Below, one piece after another: positions 10,459 to 20,240 of a DNA stretch of 64,000 bases. Position 1 is the stretch's first letter; every line of letters starts with the position of its first letter. Source of the DNA: Gemmatimonadales bacterium (lineage in GTDB: Bacteria > Gemmatimonadota > Gemmatimonadetes > Gemmatimonadales > GWC2-71-9); contig JBFJHJ010000007.1 of assembly GCA_041613315.1 (NCBI GenBank), positions 1 to 64,000 of the forward strand, written 5' to 3'. The notes beneath the pieces were generated by a model. It was not told where the DNA came from, made no database searches, and worked only from the letters and a program-made list of their open reading frames with translations. Made by a program: the position numbers and the translations under genes.

Positions 10459-11462
10459 GTGGGTCCGTCCGGATCGGCGTCGTGGGCGCCGGCGCCATCG
10501 CTCAGGTGGCGCACCTGCCCGCCCTCAGCCGGCTCAAGGGCGTCACGCTCGCCGGGATCTGCGACATCGACGTGCCCAAGGCTCGCGCCCTGGCCGGTCG
10601 GTTCGATATCTCGGACGTGTACGACGACATCGAAGATCTGATCCGGTACTCGCGGCCGGACGCCGTCGTCGTGTGCACTCCGAACCATCTGCACGAGGTG
10701 CACGTGGTCACCGCGCTCTCGGCGGGCGTGGACGTGTTGTGCGAACGTCCGCTCGCCCTCACGCTCGAGGGAGTCGAACGGATCCGGCAGGCGCGGGAGC
10801 GGGCCGGCAAGGCGGTGGTCGTCGGGATGAATCACCGGTTCCGCAGCGACGTGCAGGCGGTGCGGGGGTTTCTCACTGGCGGCGAGTTGGGAGCGGTGCA
10901 TGGCATCCGTGCCGGGTGGTACATCTTCCGCCCGTCGGGCGGCGTCGCCGGGTGGCGCGGGCGCCGTCAACAGTCGGGCGGGGGCGCGATGCTCGACCTG
11001 GGGCTTCCCCTGGTGGACTTGGCGCTCTGGCTCGCCGGCTGCCCCGCGACCAAGCGGGTCACGGCGGCGTTCGCGAGCCGGGACGGCAGCGAAGTGGAGC
11101 ACTCGGGGTGCGCGTTCATCACGTGCGAGGGCGACCTCTCGATCTTCGTCGATGTCTCGTGGCGGCATGTCAGCCAGGAGGAGGTCTTCTGGTTCGAGCT
11201 CCTGGGGGCCAACGGGTCGGCGACGCTCGCGCCGCTCCGGGTCTTCAAGGAGATGCATGGGGCGCCGATGGACGTGACCCCAACGGGCGCCGCGGGGCGC
11301 GAGAACGTGTTCAGCGCGTCCTATCGGGCGGAGTGGGCGCACTTCATGGCGGTCGTGCGCGGTGACGTGCCCACGCCGGGGCTCGAGGACCAGGTGACGC
11401 TCCAGCGCACGGTCGAGGCCATCCGCCGGTCGGCGGCCGAAGGGCACGACGTCACCCTGTGA
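10455..11462 (+). CDS. Gfo/Idh/MocA family oxidoreductase
   Basis: IGVVGAGAIA Rossmann motif, CTPNHLH, VLCERP, GGGAMLDLG. Confidence 0.92.
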   Translation: MSGSVRIGVVGAGAIAQVAHLPALSRLKGVTLAGICDIDVPKARALAGRFDISDVYDDIEDLIRYSRPDAVVVCTPNHLHEVHVVTALSAGVDVLCERPLALTLEGVERIRQARERAGKAVVVGMNHRFRSDVQAVRGFLTGGELGAVHGIRAGWYIFRPSGGVAGWRGRRQQSGGGAMLDLGLPLVDLALWLAGCPATKRVTAAFASRDGSEVEHSGCAFITCEGDLSIFVDVSWRHVSQEEVFWFELLGANGSATLAPLRVFKEMHGAPMDVTPTGAAGRENVFSASYRAEWAHFMAVVRGDVPTPGLEDQVTLQRTVEAIRRSAAEGHDVTL

Positions 11463-12988
11463 GAGGCCTGGCACTGCCGCGGGGGGACTGGCCGCTGATC
11501 GCGGGGGGCGCGCTCCTCGTCTTCTTCGCGTATCCGCCGTTCCATCTCCTCCTACCGTCGTTCCTCGCGCTGATCCCCGCCGTGTGGCTGATCGAGGACG
11601 CCCAAGCCGATCCGCGGCCGCTCCGGCGCCGGCTCGTGCAGGGATTCTGGTTCGGCCTGGGGGCGCACGGCCTCGTGCTCTATTGGATCGTCGTGGCGCT
11701 GTGGCACTTCACGCCCGCCGTCGCGGCGGGCTACTTCGCCACCATCCTGATCCTCGCCGGGTACGCGGCGGTGACGTTCGCGCTCACCGGGTGGGTGGTG
11801 CGGCGCACGGGCGTGAGCATCATCGTCGTCTTCCCGGTTTTCTGGGTCGCGGCCGAGTGGCTGATCGGTCACCAGGGCGACATCCGGTTTCCGTGGCTCG
11901 GGCTGGGGACCTCGCTCACGGGCTATTCGACGCTCGTGCAGGTCGCGGACCTGATCGGCGCCCGTGGGGTCACGTTCGCGTTGGTCGCGGCCAATGCCGC
12001 CCTGGCTCTGGCCTGGCGCCGACGCGGGGAGCGGCGCCGGGCCGCGGTGCTCGCGGGTGGGGTGGCCGCGGGCGTGCTCGCGGCGCTGGTCTACGGGATC
12101 GTGCGCGAGCGAACGCTGCCCGTGCGGCCGGTGGGCGAGGTGGCGGTGATTCAGCCCAACGTGGGATTCGACGAGAAGTGGGAGGGGGAGACCCGGGACT
12201 CCATCATGCAGCGCACGCTGACGCTCGCCGCGCGCGCGATTCGGGAGACCCGGGCGGACCTCGTGGTGTGGCCGGAGGCCGCGGTGCCCGGGTACTTTCT
12301 CCAGCATCCCGAGTGGGCGCGCGCGATCGCGCGGCTCTCGTTCTCGACGCGCACCCCACAGCTCGTCGGCGGCCTCGATGTCGCGTTCCCGGCGCCGCGC
12401 CGGTTCGAGTACTACAACGCGGCGTTCCTGTTCGACTCGCTGGGCGACCGCACCCGCTACGAGGCCTACCACAAACAGTATCTCGTCCCGATCACCGAAC
12501 GGGTGCCGTTCGTCAATCCCCGCTGGTTCAAGCTCAGGTTCTTTGGCGGCTTTGGCGAAGGCGGGCCGGGCCCGGTGTACCAGGTGGGCATCGGCCGCTT
12601 CGGCGTCCTCATCTGCTATGAGTCGATCTTCGAGAACCTGAGCCGGGACTACCGGCGACGCGGCGCCGAGTTTCTCATCAACATCACGAACGACGCCTGG
12701 TTCGGGCGCAGCACGGCGCCGTACCAGCACGAGGCGCACCTGGTGATGCGGGCGATCGAGACCCGCGCCGGGATCGCCCGGTCGGCCAACACGGGTATCT
12801 CCGAGTTCGTGGACCCGCTGGGCCGCCAGCACCGCCAGACCGCGCTGTTCGTGGAGGCGCTGGTCGCGCACCGGCTCACCACGACCGACGTGGTCACGCT
12901 CTACGTGCGCTGGGGCGATTGGGTGGGCGGACTGGCGCTCGTCGGGGCGGTGCTGCTCGCCATCTACGCGTGGCGCCGGCGTCCCTGA
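11459..12988 (+). CDS. lnt: Apolipoprotein N-acyltransferase
   Basis: Multi-TM N-terminus; FPWLGLG, QPN, WPEAA, YHKQYLVP, ICYES, NITNDAWFG, RSANTGIS. Confidence 0.95.
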   Translation: MRGLALPRGDWPLIAGGALLVFFAYPPFHLLLPSFLALIPAVWLIEDAQADPRPLRRRLVQGFWFGLGAHGLVLYWIVVALWHFTPAVAAGYFATILILAGYAAVTFALTGWVVRRTGVSIIVVFPVFWVAAEWLIGHQGDIRFPWLGLGTSLTGYSTLVQVADLIGARGVTFALVAANAALALAWRRRGERRRAAVLAGGVAAGVLAALVYGIVRERTLPVRPVGEVAVIQPNVGFDEKWEGETRDSIMQRTLTLAARAIRETRADLVVWPEAAVPGYFLQHPEWARAIARLSFSTRTPQLVGGLDVAFPAPRRFEYYNAAFLFDSLGDRTRYEAYHKQYLVPITERVPFVNPRWFKLRFFGGFGEGGPGPVYQVGIGRFGVLICYESIFENLSRDYRRRGAEFLINITNDAWFGRSTAPYQHEAHLVMRAIETRAGIARSANTGISEFVDPLGRQHRQTALFVEALVAHRLTTTDVVTLYVRWGDWVGGLALVGAVLLAIYAWRRRP

Positions 12989-14904
12989 TGCGCGTCGGCG
13001 TCGACGTGGGTGGCACGTTCACCGACATCGTCGCGCTGGGGAGCGGAGGGGTGGTCACGGTGGGAAAGGTGCGGTCCCGGCCCGACGGTGTCGCCGACGA
13101 GGTCTGGACGACGCTGGCCCGGCTGGCCGGCGGCACGCCGGCCGCTGCCGCGCTCGTCCACGGGACCACGGTGGCGACGAACGCGTTGCTCGAGCGCACC
13201 GGCGGGCGGGTGGTGCTGGTGACCACGGCCGGATTCGAGGACCTCCTGTGGCTGCGGCGCCAGGACCGCGCGGCGCTCTACGATCTCGCGCGGGAGCATC
13301 CACCGCCGGTCGTGGCCCGCCACGACGTCGTCGGCGTGCGGGAGCGGGTGGGCGCGCGAGGGCCCGTCTGCGCGCTCGAGCGGTCCGAGGTACGCCGCGT
13401 GGTGGAGGAGGTGCAGCGGCGCGGGCCGGACGCCGTGGCGATCGCCCTGCTCTTCAGTTTCCGCGATCCCCGCCATGAGGCATTGCTCGCCGACGCGCTC
13501 CGGGCGGCGCTTCCCGAGACGCCGGTGGCCGCCAGCTCGGACGTCCTGCCGGTGTTTCGCGAATACGAGCGTATCGGCACGACGGTGGCCGAAGCGTATC
13601 TGCGGCCGCGCGTGAGCGGCTATCTCGACCGTATGAGCGCCGCCGCCCGCGCGCGGACGATCGGCGAGCTGCGCGTGATGGCGTCGAACGGCGGCACGTT
13701 GAGTGTGGCGCAGGCGCGGGAGCGGGCCGCGGCGCTCGCACTCTCGGGACCGGCCGGCGGTGTCGAAGGGGCGCGTCTCGTCGGCGAGGCGCTGGGTGAC
13801 ACGGATCTGCTCACGATCGACATGGGGGGCACGAGCGCCGACGCCAGTGTCATCCTGGGAGGCCGGCCGCTCCTGCAGTCGGCCGGCGAGGTGGGCGGCA
13901 TTCCGCTGGCGCTGCCCCACGTGCTCATCGAGACCGTGGGAGCGGGTGGCGGGAGCATCGCCTGGGTGGATCAAGGCGGCGCGTTGCGCGTGGGGCCGAG
14001 GAGCGCCGGCGCCGTGCCGGGTCCCGCCTGCTATGGCACCGGCGGCACGGACGCCACGGTGACCGACGCGGCTGCGGTGCTCCGCTGGCTGGGTCCCGAG
14101 CATCCGTTGGCCGGCGGTCTCGCAGTGGACCCGGATCTCGCGGAGCGGGCGGTGGAGCGCGTGGCGCGCGCCGCCGGGTTGACCGTCGAGCGCTGCGCCC
14201 TCGGCATCGTGGAAATCGCAGCGGCTGCGATGGTCCGGGCCCTCCGTCGGGTCAGCGTCGAGCGTGGGGTGGACCCCCGGGCGCTGACGCTGGTGGCCTT
14301 CGGCGGGGCGGGGCCGATGTTCGCCTGCCGCATGGCGGCGAGCCTCGGGATGCATCGTGCCGTGGTGCCGCCCTTCGCCGGTGTGCTCTCCGCCGTCGGG
14401 CTCGCGGCGGCGCCCGCGAAGCTCGAGTTCACGGCGTCGCTGCATCGGTCCACCGACACCCTCGACCGACGCGAGTTCGACGCCGCCTTCAGCGCCCTCG
14501 AGGCGGAGGCGTGCGACGCCCTCCCCGGCGCGACGTTGGACCGCTATGCCGACGGGCGCTATCGGGGGCAGGGGTATGAGCTGACGGTGCCGGCGGCCGC
14601 GGACGGTGCGGCGGCGGCCGGAGCGTTCCACGCGGCGCACCGGGAGCGGTTCGGCCACGCCGACCCCCGCCGTCTCGTGGAGTTGGTCAACGTGCGCGTC
14701 GTCGCGACCCGGCCGGCCACGGTGGTGACGTTCGGGCGGACGGCGTCGCCCGACCCCGGCACCGTGGTCGAAGGGCCGGCGACGATCGGGCTGCCGGACT
14801 GCACCGTGCGGATCGAGCCCGGTTGGCGCGGCATGGTGCACGAGTCGGGCGCCATCGTGCTGACGGAGCGTGGCGCCGAGACGCTCGGCCGCCGGAACGC
14901 CTGA
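12988..14904 (+). CDS. Hydantoinase A/5-oxoprolinase family subunit
   Basis: GVDVGGTFTD, HGTTVATNALLER, SGPAGG, DMGGTS, GAGGGSIA, GPRSAGAVPGPACY. Confidence 0.92.
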   Translation: MRVGVDVGGTFTDIVALGSGGVVTVGKVRSRPDGVADEVWTTLARLAGGTPAAAALVHGTTVATNALLERTGGRVVLVTTAGFEDLLWLRRQDRAALYDLAREHPPPVVARHDVVGVRERVGARGPVCALERSEVRRVVEEVQRRGPDAVAIALLFSFRDPRHEALLADALRAALPETPVAASSDVLPVFREYERIGTTVAEAYLRPRVSGYLDRMSAAARARTIGELRVMASNGGTLSVAQARERAAALALSGPAGGVEGARLVGEALGDTDLLTIDMGGTSADASVILGGRPLLQSAGEVGGIPLALPHVLIETVGAGGGSIAWVDQGGALRVGPRSAGAVPGPACYGTGGTDATVTDAAAVLRWLGPEHPLAGGLAVDPDLAERAVERVARAAGLTVERCALGIVEIAAAAMVRALRRVSVERGVDPRALTLVAFGGAGPMFACRMAASLGMHRAVVPPFAGVLSAVGLAAAPAKLEFTASLHRSTDTLDRREFDAAFSALEAEACDALPGATLDRYADGRYRGQGYELTVPAAADGAAAAGAFHAAHRERFGHADPRRLVELVNVRVVATRPATVVTFGRTASPDPGTVVEGPATIGLPDCTVRIEPGWRGMVHESGAIVLTERGAETLGRRNA

Positions 14905-14910
14905 CCGCTC

Positions 14911-16458
14911 ATGTCGCTCGACGCGATCGGTCTCCAGGTCATGGCGCACGCGTTCGCGGGCATCGCCGAGGAGATGGGCGCGGCGCTCGTCGCCTCGGCG
15001 CTCTCGCCGAACGTGCGGGAGCGACGGGATTCGTCGGCGGCGGTGTTCGCCGCCGACGGCGCGCTCGTCGCTCAGGCGGCGCACATCCCCGTGCACTTGG
15101 GGGCGATGCCGGAGGCCGTGGCGGCGGTCATCGCGCTCGACCCGGCGCCGGGCGACACGTTCATCCTGAACGATCCGTACACTGGCGGCACCCATCTGCC
15201 GGACATCACGATGGTGCATGCGATCGCCGTGGGCGGCGACGTCGGAGGCTACACGGTCGTCCGGGCCCATCACTCGGATGTCGGCGGCTCCCGCCCCGGG
15301 AGCATGCCGCCCTCCTCCACGGAGATCTTTGAGGAAGGGCTGGTGGTGCCGCCCGTGCGGTGGGCGCACGGCGGCCGGGTGGTGCGCGACGTCGAGCGAC
15401 TGCTGCTGGCGAACGTGCGAACCCCGGACATGCGGCGCGGCGACCTCGCGGCGCAGCTGGCGGCGTGCGAGCGAGGCGCGGCACGCTACCGCGAGCTCGG
15501 GGAGCGGCACGGCCGGGCGTACGTCGAGGGCGCCGTGGCTGATCTTCTGGACTACGCCGAGCGTCGCACCCGGGCGTCGCTCGCGGCCCGGCTCCCCCCC
15601 GGACGCTGGAGCGCGGCGGACCGGCTGGAGGGCGACGGCGTCGGCGAGCACGACGTCACGATTCGCGTCACGGTCGAGATCGGTCCCGACGGGTTCACGG
15701 CCGACTTTACCGGGACCGATCCGGCCGTCAAAGGCAACGTGAATTGTCCCATGGCAGTGACCCGCTCGGCGGTCCTCTTCGTCGTGCGGTGTCTCGTGGA
15801 TGACGACATTCCCACGAACGGAGGCCTGCACCGCGCGGTGACCGTGCGGGCGCCCGCGGGGTCCGTGGTGAACGCGCCCTGGCCACGGGCGGTGGCGGCC
15901 GGCAACGTCGAGACGTCGCAGCGGATCGCCGACACGCTGTTCCTGGCGCTGGCCGGCGCGGCGGACGCGCCGGCGCAGGGGCAGGGGACGATGAACAACG
16001 TGGTGCTCGGCGGGGAGGGGTGGACGTACTACGAAACGCTGGGCGGCGGACAGGGGGCCTCGGCCCGGGGTCCCGGACCGTCCGGGGTGCACGTCGGGAT
16101 GTCCAACACCCGCAACACGCCGATCGAGGTGTTCGAGTTGGAGCATCCGCTGCGCATCGTCACCTATGCGCTCCGATCCGGCTCGGGGGGCGCGGGCCGC
16201 CATCCGGGTGGGGAGGGCGTCGTGCGGGCGTACGAGGCGCTCGACGACGTCACGGTCAGCCTGATCACCGAGCGCCGCCGCTACGCGCCCCAGGGGACCG
16301 CCGGAGGCGGGGCAGGCCGTCCCGGGCGCAACGGCCTCAACGACACCGACCTGGGCGGCCGCGCCGCCGTGACGATGGGCCCGGGCGACGTGCTGACGAT
16401 CGAGACCCCGGGGGGTGGGGGGTGGGGAGAAACGCCATCCGCCGTCAGCAGTCCGTGA
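14911..16458 (+). CDS. Hydantoinase B/5-oxoprolinase family subunit
   Basis: SPNVRERRD, HIPVHLGAM, NDPYTGGTHLPD, HHSDVGG, YYETLGGG, TPGGGGWG. Confidence 0.93.
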   Translation: MSLDAIGLQVMAHAFAGIAEEMGAALVASALSPNVRERRDSSAAVFAADGALVAQAAHIPVHLGAMPEAVAAVIALDPAPGDTFILNDPYTGGTHLPDITMVHAIAVGGDVGGYTVVRAHHSDVGGSRPGSMPPSSTEIFEEGLVVPPVRWAHGGRVVRDVERLLLANVRTPDMRRGDLAAQLAACERGAARYRELGERHGRAYVEGAVADLLDYAERRTRASLAARLPPGRWSAADRLEGDGVGEHDVTIRVTVEIGPDGFTADFTGTDPAVKGNVNCPMAVTRSAVLFVVRCLVDDDIPTNGGLHRAVTVRAPAGSVVNAPWPRAVAAGNVETSQRIADTLFLALAGAADAPAQGQGTMNNVVLGGEGWTYYETLGGGQGASARGPGPSGVHVGMSNTRNTPIEVFELEHPLRIVTYALRSGSGGAGRHPGGEGVVRAYEALDDVTVSLITERRRYAPQGTAGGGAGRPGRNGLNDTDLGGRAAVTMGPGDVLTIETPGGGGWGETPSAVSSP

Positions 16459-16503
16459 TGGCTGATCGCGTCGAGATCACGCGGATGGCGGACGGCTGAT
16501 CGC
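16434..16503. repeat. Heptamer-repeat palindrome between convergent genes (GC-type units)
   Basis: GCCATCC GCCGTCA GCAGTCC at 16434-16454 opposed to GCGGATG GCGGACG GCTGATC at 16481-16501. Confidence 0.6.
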
Positions 16504-16509
16504 GCACGG

Positions 16510-18444
16510 TTACTCCGCCTGTTCGAACAACCTCGCTTCGGTGAACAGACGGTAGAGGTCGGGGTCGAGCATCCCAACGTGGACCTCCTCGCCCATGATG
16601 GCGAGCGCCCGCCCGCGATCCACGGCGCGCTTGTAGGGACGGTCGGCGGCGGTCAGGGCGTCGTAGATATCCGCGATGGTCATCATCCGGGTTTGGATCG
16701 GGATGTCCCTGCCCTTGACCCGCCGCGGATAGCCGGAGCCATCCAGCTTCTCGTGGTGGCCGTAGGCGATGACGGGCACCGACTGGAGTTCCTTGGTCCA
16801 GGGGATCTGCATCAGGAAGCGGTAGGTGTGGGTGACGTGGCTCTCGATCTCCAGCCGCTCCGCATCATCGAGGCTGCCCTTCCGGATCGAGAGGAACCGG
16901 ACCTCGTCGTCGGTGAGGAACGGCTGGGGCTTCCCGTCGAGATCGGGGTAGGTCCGCTCCGCGTACCGGAGCAGCTCCTCGAAGCTCCCCTCGGGCAGGA
17001 CCGTCGGCTCGTTGGATTCCGCCACCAGTCGCATGAACCGGTCGAGCGCCGCCAGCTCGCCATCGAGCTCGGCGCGCGCCTCCCGGAGGAACGCGTCGTA
17101 GCCCTCGCGGCCGTGCCGTTCGAGAAAGTCGGCGCGGCGGCGATCGAACGCGCGTTCCGCCGTCCGCCGGATGAACGCGTAGCGCTGGCTGACGAGGGCG
17201 AGGTCCGGCGGGTAGAGCTTCTTGGCCTTGATGAGCACCTGCTCCCGCACCCCCACCTTGCCGAAGTCGTGCAACAGGCCGGCGTACCGAATCTCTCGGA
17301 TCTCTTCGCGCGAGAACGAGACGTGGCGGTACGGGCCGTCGCTCGCGCGATCCACCGTCTCGGCGAGCCGGACCGTCATGGAGGCCACCCGTCCCGAATG
17401 ACCGAAGGTGGTCGGATCCCGCTGCTCGATCGCCGTCACCGCCGCCGTGACGAACCCCTCGAACAAACGCTCGATGTCCTCGTACAGCCGGCTGTTTTCG
17501 ATGGAGACGGCCGCCTGGCCGGCCAGGGCGGAGACCAGCTCCACCAGCCGGCGGGTGTAGGAGAGGACCTCCGTCGCGAAATCCTTCGGCCGCTCGAGCC
17601 GCACCGTCGCGTGCCGCTTCCGGTTGATCAGCTGCAGCACGCCGATCACCGCGTCTCGGTGGTCCTTCATCGGGATCGTGAGCAGCGACTTCGTGCGGTA
17701 GCCGTACTTCTCATCGAACGAGCGGTTGATGCTGTATTCGACTTCCGGCGGCAAGACGTACGCATCGTCGATCACGAGCGGCTCGCCCGTGGTCGCCACG
17801 TAGCCCGCGATGCTGGTGATGTCGACGGGGATCACGAATTCCACGAATGGGATGTCGGGCCGCGAGAAGTTCTGTGAGAGCTTGAAGCGCAGGTGCCGGC
17901 CGGCGCCGTCGCCCGCTTCGGTGAGATAGAGGCTGCCGGCGTCCGAATCCGTGATCTGGCGCGCCTGCGACAGGATCAGCTCGAGGAGCGTGTTGTAGTC
18001 TCGCTCGGTGGCGAGGGCCATCCCGATTCGGGTGAGCTCCTGGATTTCCCGTGTACGAAACGCGGCTTCCTGCCGCGCCCGGTGCGTCTCGAGCCGGCCG
18101 GCCGCTTCACGGTACGCGGTCCGCAGGGCGATGAGCAGCTGTTGCGGGGCGTAGGGCCGGGGGAGGAACGCCGAGATCAGCTCGTCGGCCAGCTCCGGCG
18201 GGAGATCCGGGTCCCCCACCGCGCCCACCACCACCACGGCGCCGCCGTCCTCGGTGAAACGCCGGAGGGGCTGCGGGGGAAACAGGGCGCGCCCGGGGGG
18301 GTCCAGCACGAAGACCGTCGGGTGGCCGTCGGCCTGGAGGTCGGTGGGGCTCTGCACGGCCCGGGCCGCCACGCCCTCGGCCGCGAGGGCCCGGGCGACC
18401 GGTCCGAGATCGAACGTGGGAGGATGGAGCAGCGTGTACGTCAT
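16510..18444 (-). CDS. GAF + HD-GYP domain phosphodiesterase
   Basis: GAF domain (DAGSLYL..YRTKSLLTIPM..GVLQLIN); GHSGRVA, LHDFGKVG, HHEKLDGSGYP, IADIYDALT..DRPYK. Confidence 0.92.
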   Translation of the reverse strand: MTYTLLHPPTFDLGPVARALAAEGVAARAVQSPTDLQADGHPTVFVLDPPGRALFPPQPLRRFTEDGGAVVVVGAVGDPDLPPELADELISAFLPRPYAPQQLLIALRTAYREAAGRLETHRARQEAAFRTREIQELTRIGMALATERDYNTLLELILSQARQITDSDAGSLYLTEAGDGAGRHLRFKLSQNFSRPDIPFVEFVIPVDITSIAGYVATTGEPLVIDDAYVLPPEVEYSINRSFDEKYGYRTKSLLTIPMKDHRDAVIGVLQLINRKRHATVRLERPKDFATEVLSYTRRLVELVSALAGQAAVSIENSRLYEDIERLFEGFVTAAVTAIEQRDPTTFGHSGRVASMTVRLAETVDRASDGPYRHVSFSREEIREIRYAGLLHDFGKVGVREQVLIKAKKLYPPDLALVSQRYAFIRRTAERAFDRRRADFLERHGREGYDAFLREARAELDGELAALDRFMRLVAESNEPTVLPEGSFEELLRYAERTYPDLDGKPQPFLTDDEVRFLSIRKGSLDDAERLEIESHVTHTYRFLMQIPWTKELQSVPVIAYGHHEKLDGSGYPRRVKGRDIPIQTRMMTIADIYDALTAADRPYKRAVDRGRALAIMGEEVHVGMLDPDLYRLFTEARLFEQAE

Positions 18445-18536
18445 CGGTGCGTCACGAGGACGACGGCCGGCCCGCGGGAACGGGCCCGTGCGCCGTGCCG
18501 GCGGTGGTCGGCGACGCGGTCATGCTGTCTCGACGA

Positions 18537-19235
18537 TTACCCCCGCCGCATTTGCTTGAGGGCCTCGTCGGCCTCGGCGCTGTACTCCGGGAACTGCGTC
18601 TTCACCTGGTTCAGCAGCTCCGCGGCGGTCTGCGTATCGCCCCGGTCCTGATAGAGCAGCGCCTTGGTGTAGAGGCGCACCGCCTGCTCCGGCACCTCGC
18701 GCTGCTGGCGCTGCTGCAACGTCTGCCGCGGCAGCGGGGGGAGGCTCACGCCACGGGTGAGCTGTCCGGCCAACGTAACGACCAGGTCGTACAGCTGCTC
18801 CCGCTTGTCGCGCGCTTTCTCGGTCTTGACGAGCTCGCCCGTCTCGACGTTCACGATGCGCGCGTCGATGCGGAAGTCGCCGTAGAAGTCCACGAAACCG
18901 CCCAAGACCATATACCGGGCGCCGACCAACTTGCCGAGCCGGGCGGCAGTGGCGGCGTCCACCCGAGCCGACGCCCCGAGGTCCTGCTCTTCCATCAACT
19001 GCTTGAGCCGGCGGCGCTCGACCACACGGAGATTGGGATTGACCGCGAGCTCCGTGAGCAGCATTTGCTGGAGCCCGACCTCGAGCGCGGCGAAGTCTTC
19101 CTTGTCCTGACCGTACGAGCCGCCGTTCTCGAATGGCAGCACGGCGATGCCCGGACGGGTATCCTGCGCCGGTAACGCCTGAGGGGCGGCCACGACCGCC
19201 GCCAGGGTGAGCACACCGAGCGAACGCCACCGCAT
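18537..19235 (-). CDS. CsgG/HfaB (TolB-N-like) family secreted protein with C-terminal helical/TPR-like segment
   Basis: Signal peptide; IAVLPFEN, VVERRRLKQLMEEQDL, TAARLGKLVGA, IDARIVNVETGE. Confidence 0.82.
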   Translation of the reverse strand: MRWRSLGVLTLAAVVAAPQALPAQDTRPGIAVLPFENGGSYGQDKEDFAALEVGLQQMLLTELAVNPNLRVVERRRLKQLMEEQDLGASARVDAATAARLGKLVGARYMVLGGFVDFYGDFRIDARIVNVETGELVKTEKARDKREQLYDLVVTLAGQLTRGVSLPPLPRQTLQQRQQREVPEQAVRLYTKALLYQDRGDTQTAAELLNQVKTQFPEYSAEADEALKQMRRG

Positions 19236-19273
19236 AGAACGCTCCCTTCACGTCGGCGCCGGGGCGCCGGCGG

Positions 19274-20149
19274 CTAAAGCGTGAGCTGCAACCCTTCCGT
19301 CGCGGCCAGCACGGTGAGCGTCAGTCCGGCCTCGCGTGCCGCCGCGCGGGCGTCGGCAAGCAGCGCGTCCATGGCCGCATCCTCGTGCTCGGGCCGGTGG
19401 TGAAACAGCACGAGCCGCTTGACGCCCGCCTCGCCCGCCAGGGCCACGGCCTCCGCGTGCGACGAATGGCCCCATCCCCGATGGGTGTCCAGCTCGTCCG
19501 GCGTGTACATCGCGTCGTGGATCAAGAGGTCCACGCCGTCGAGAAACTTCACGAACTGCTTCCGCCAGGTCCGACCCACCTCATAGGCGCCGCCCGGGCC
19601 GAGCTCGTTGTCGGTCACGTACGCCAGGCTCGCGCCACCCTCGGCCGGGGTCAATCGGTACCCCAGTGTGTGTCCCGGGTGCCGCAGCCGCATGGCCCGC
19701 ACGGTGAAGCCCTCCACTTCGAAGGCGTCGCTCCCCACGTGCGCGACGTCGAGTTCTGCCGCCAACTCGTCCAGGGGCACGGGAAACACCACCGGGTCCA
19801 TCTGCTGCCGCAGGATCACGCCAAGATCCACGTCGCCCTGTTTCGACCCCCAGATGCGAATGGCGTTCCCGCGCTCGAAGAAGGGGGCAAAGAACGGCAG
19901 CCCCTGGATATGGTCCCAGTGGGTGTGGCTCAGGAGGAGATCGACGGCCAGCGCGCCGTTGCCCCGCTCGGCGAGGGCCTTGCCGAGCGCTCGGATGCCC
20001 GTTCCGGCGTCGAGAATCACGAGCCGGTCGCCATGGGCATCGCGGCGCTCGACGGCCACGCAGGGCGTATTGCCGCCGTACCGTGTGGTATGCGGACCGG
20101 GCGTGGGAATCGAACCGCGCGTTCCCCAGAACGTCGCCGTGTAGGTCAT
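19274..20149 (-). CDS. MBL-fold metallo-hydrolase (putative cyclic-nucleotide phosphodiesterase)
   Basis: FWGTRGSIPTPG..YGGNTPC, DAGTG, HTHWDH, GWGHS, FHH. Confidence 0.88.
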   Translation of the reverse strand: MTYTATFWGTRGSIPTPGPHTTRYGGNTPCVAVERRDAHGDRLVILDAGTGIRALGKALAERGNGALAVDLLLSHTHWDHIQGLPFFAPFFERGNAIRIWGSKQGDVDLGVILRQQMDPVVFPVPLDELAAELDVAHVGSDAFEVEGFTVRAMRLRHPGHTLGYRLTPAEGGASLAYVTDNELGPGGAYEVGRTWRKQFVKFLDGVDLLIHDAMYTPDELDTHRGWGHSSHAEAVALAGEAGVKRLVLFHHRPEHEDAAMDALLADARAAAREAGLTLTVLAATEGLQLTL

Positions 20150-20173
20150 CAGCCCGCCGCCGCCATTGCGTGC

Positions 20174-20203
20174 AACTTAGAGGCGCCGCGTCGCGCGCGA
20201 CAA
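20174..20203 (-). promoter_or_regulatory. Putative sigma-70 promoter of the MBL hydrolase gene
   Basis: Minus strand TTGTCG-N18-TAAGTT. Confidence 0.5.
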
Positions 20204-20224
20204 GGCGAGGTGTCACCGCCGTCG

Positions 20225-20240
20225 GGTGACATGGCTCACG
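20225..20240. promoter_or_regulatory. Putative CRP/FNR-type binding site
   Basis: GGTGA-CATGGC-TCACG carries a perfect GTGA-N6-TCAC core; overlaps the crp stop codon, upstream of the MBL promoter. Confidence 0.45.

Noticed and set aside
12964..16203. 1079-aa antisense ORF over the oxoprolinase genes
   Set aside because: Shadow ORF from high GC3 codon bias; Arg/Gly/Pro-rich with no motifs, and the opposite strand has clear family signatures
18452..18523. 23-codon minus-strand ORF between the CsgG-like gene and HD-GYP
   Set aside because: No SD, low-complexity product, not in frame with either neighbour
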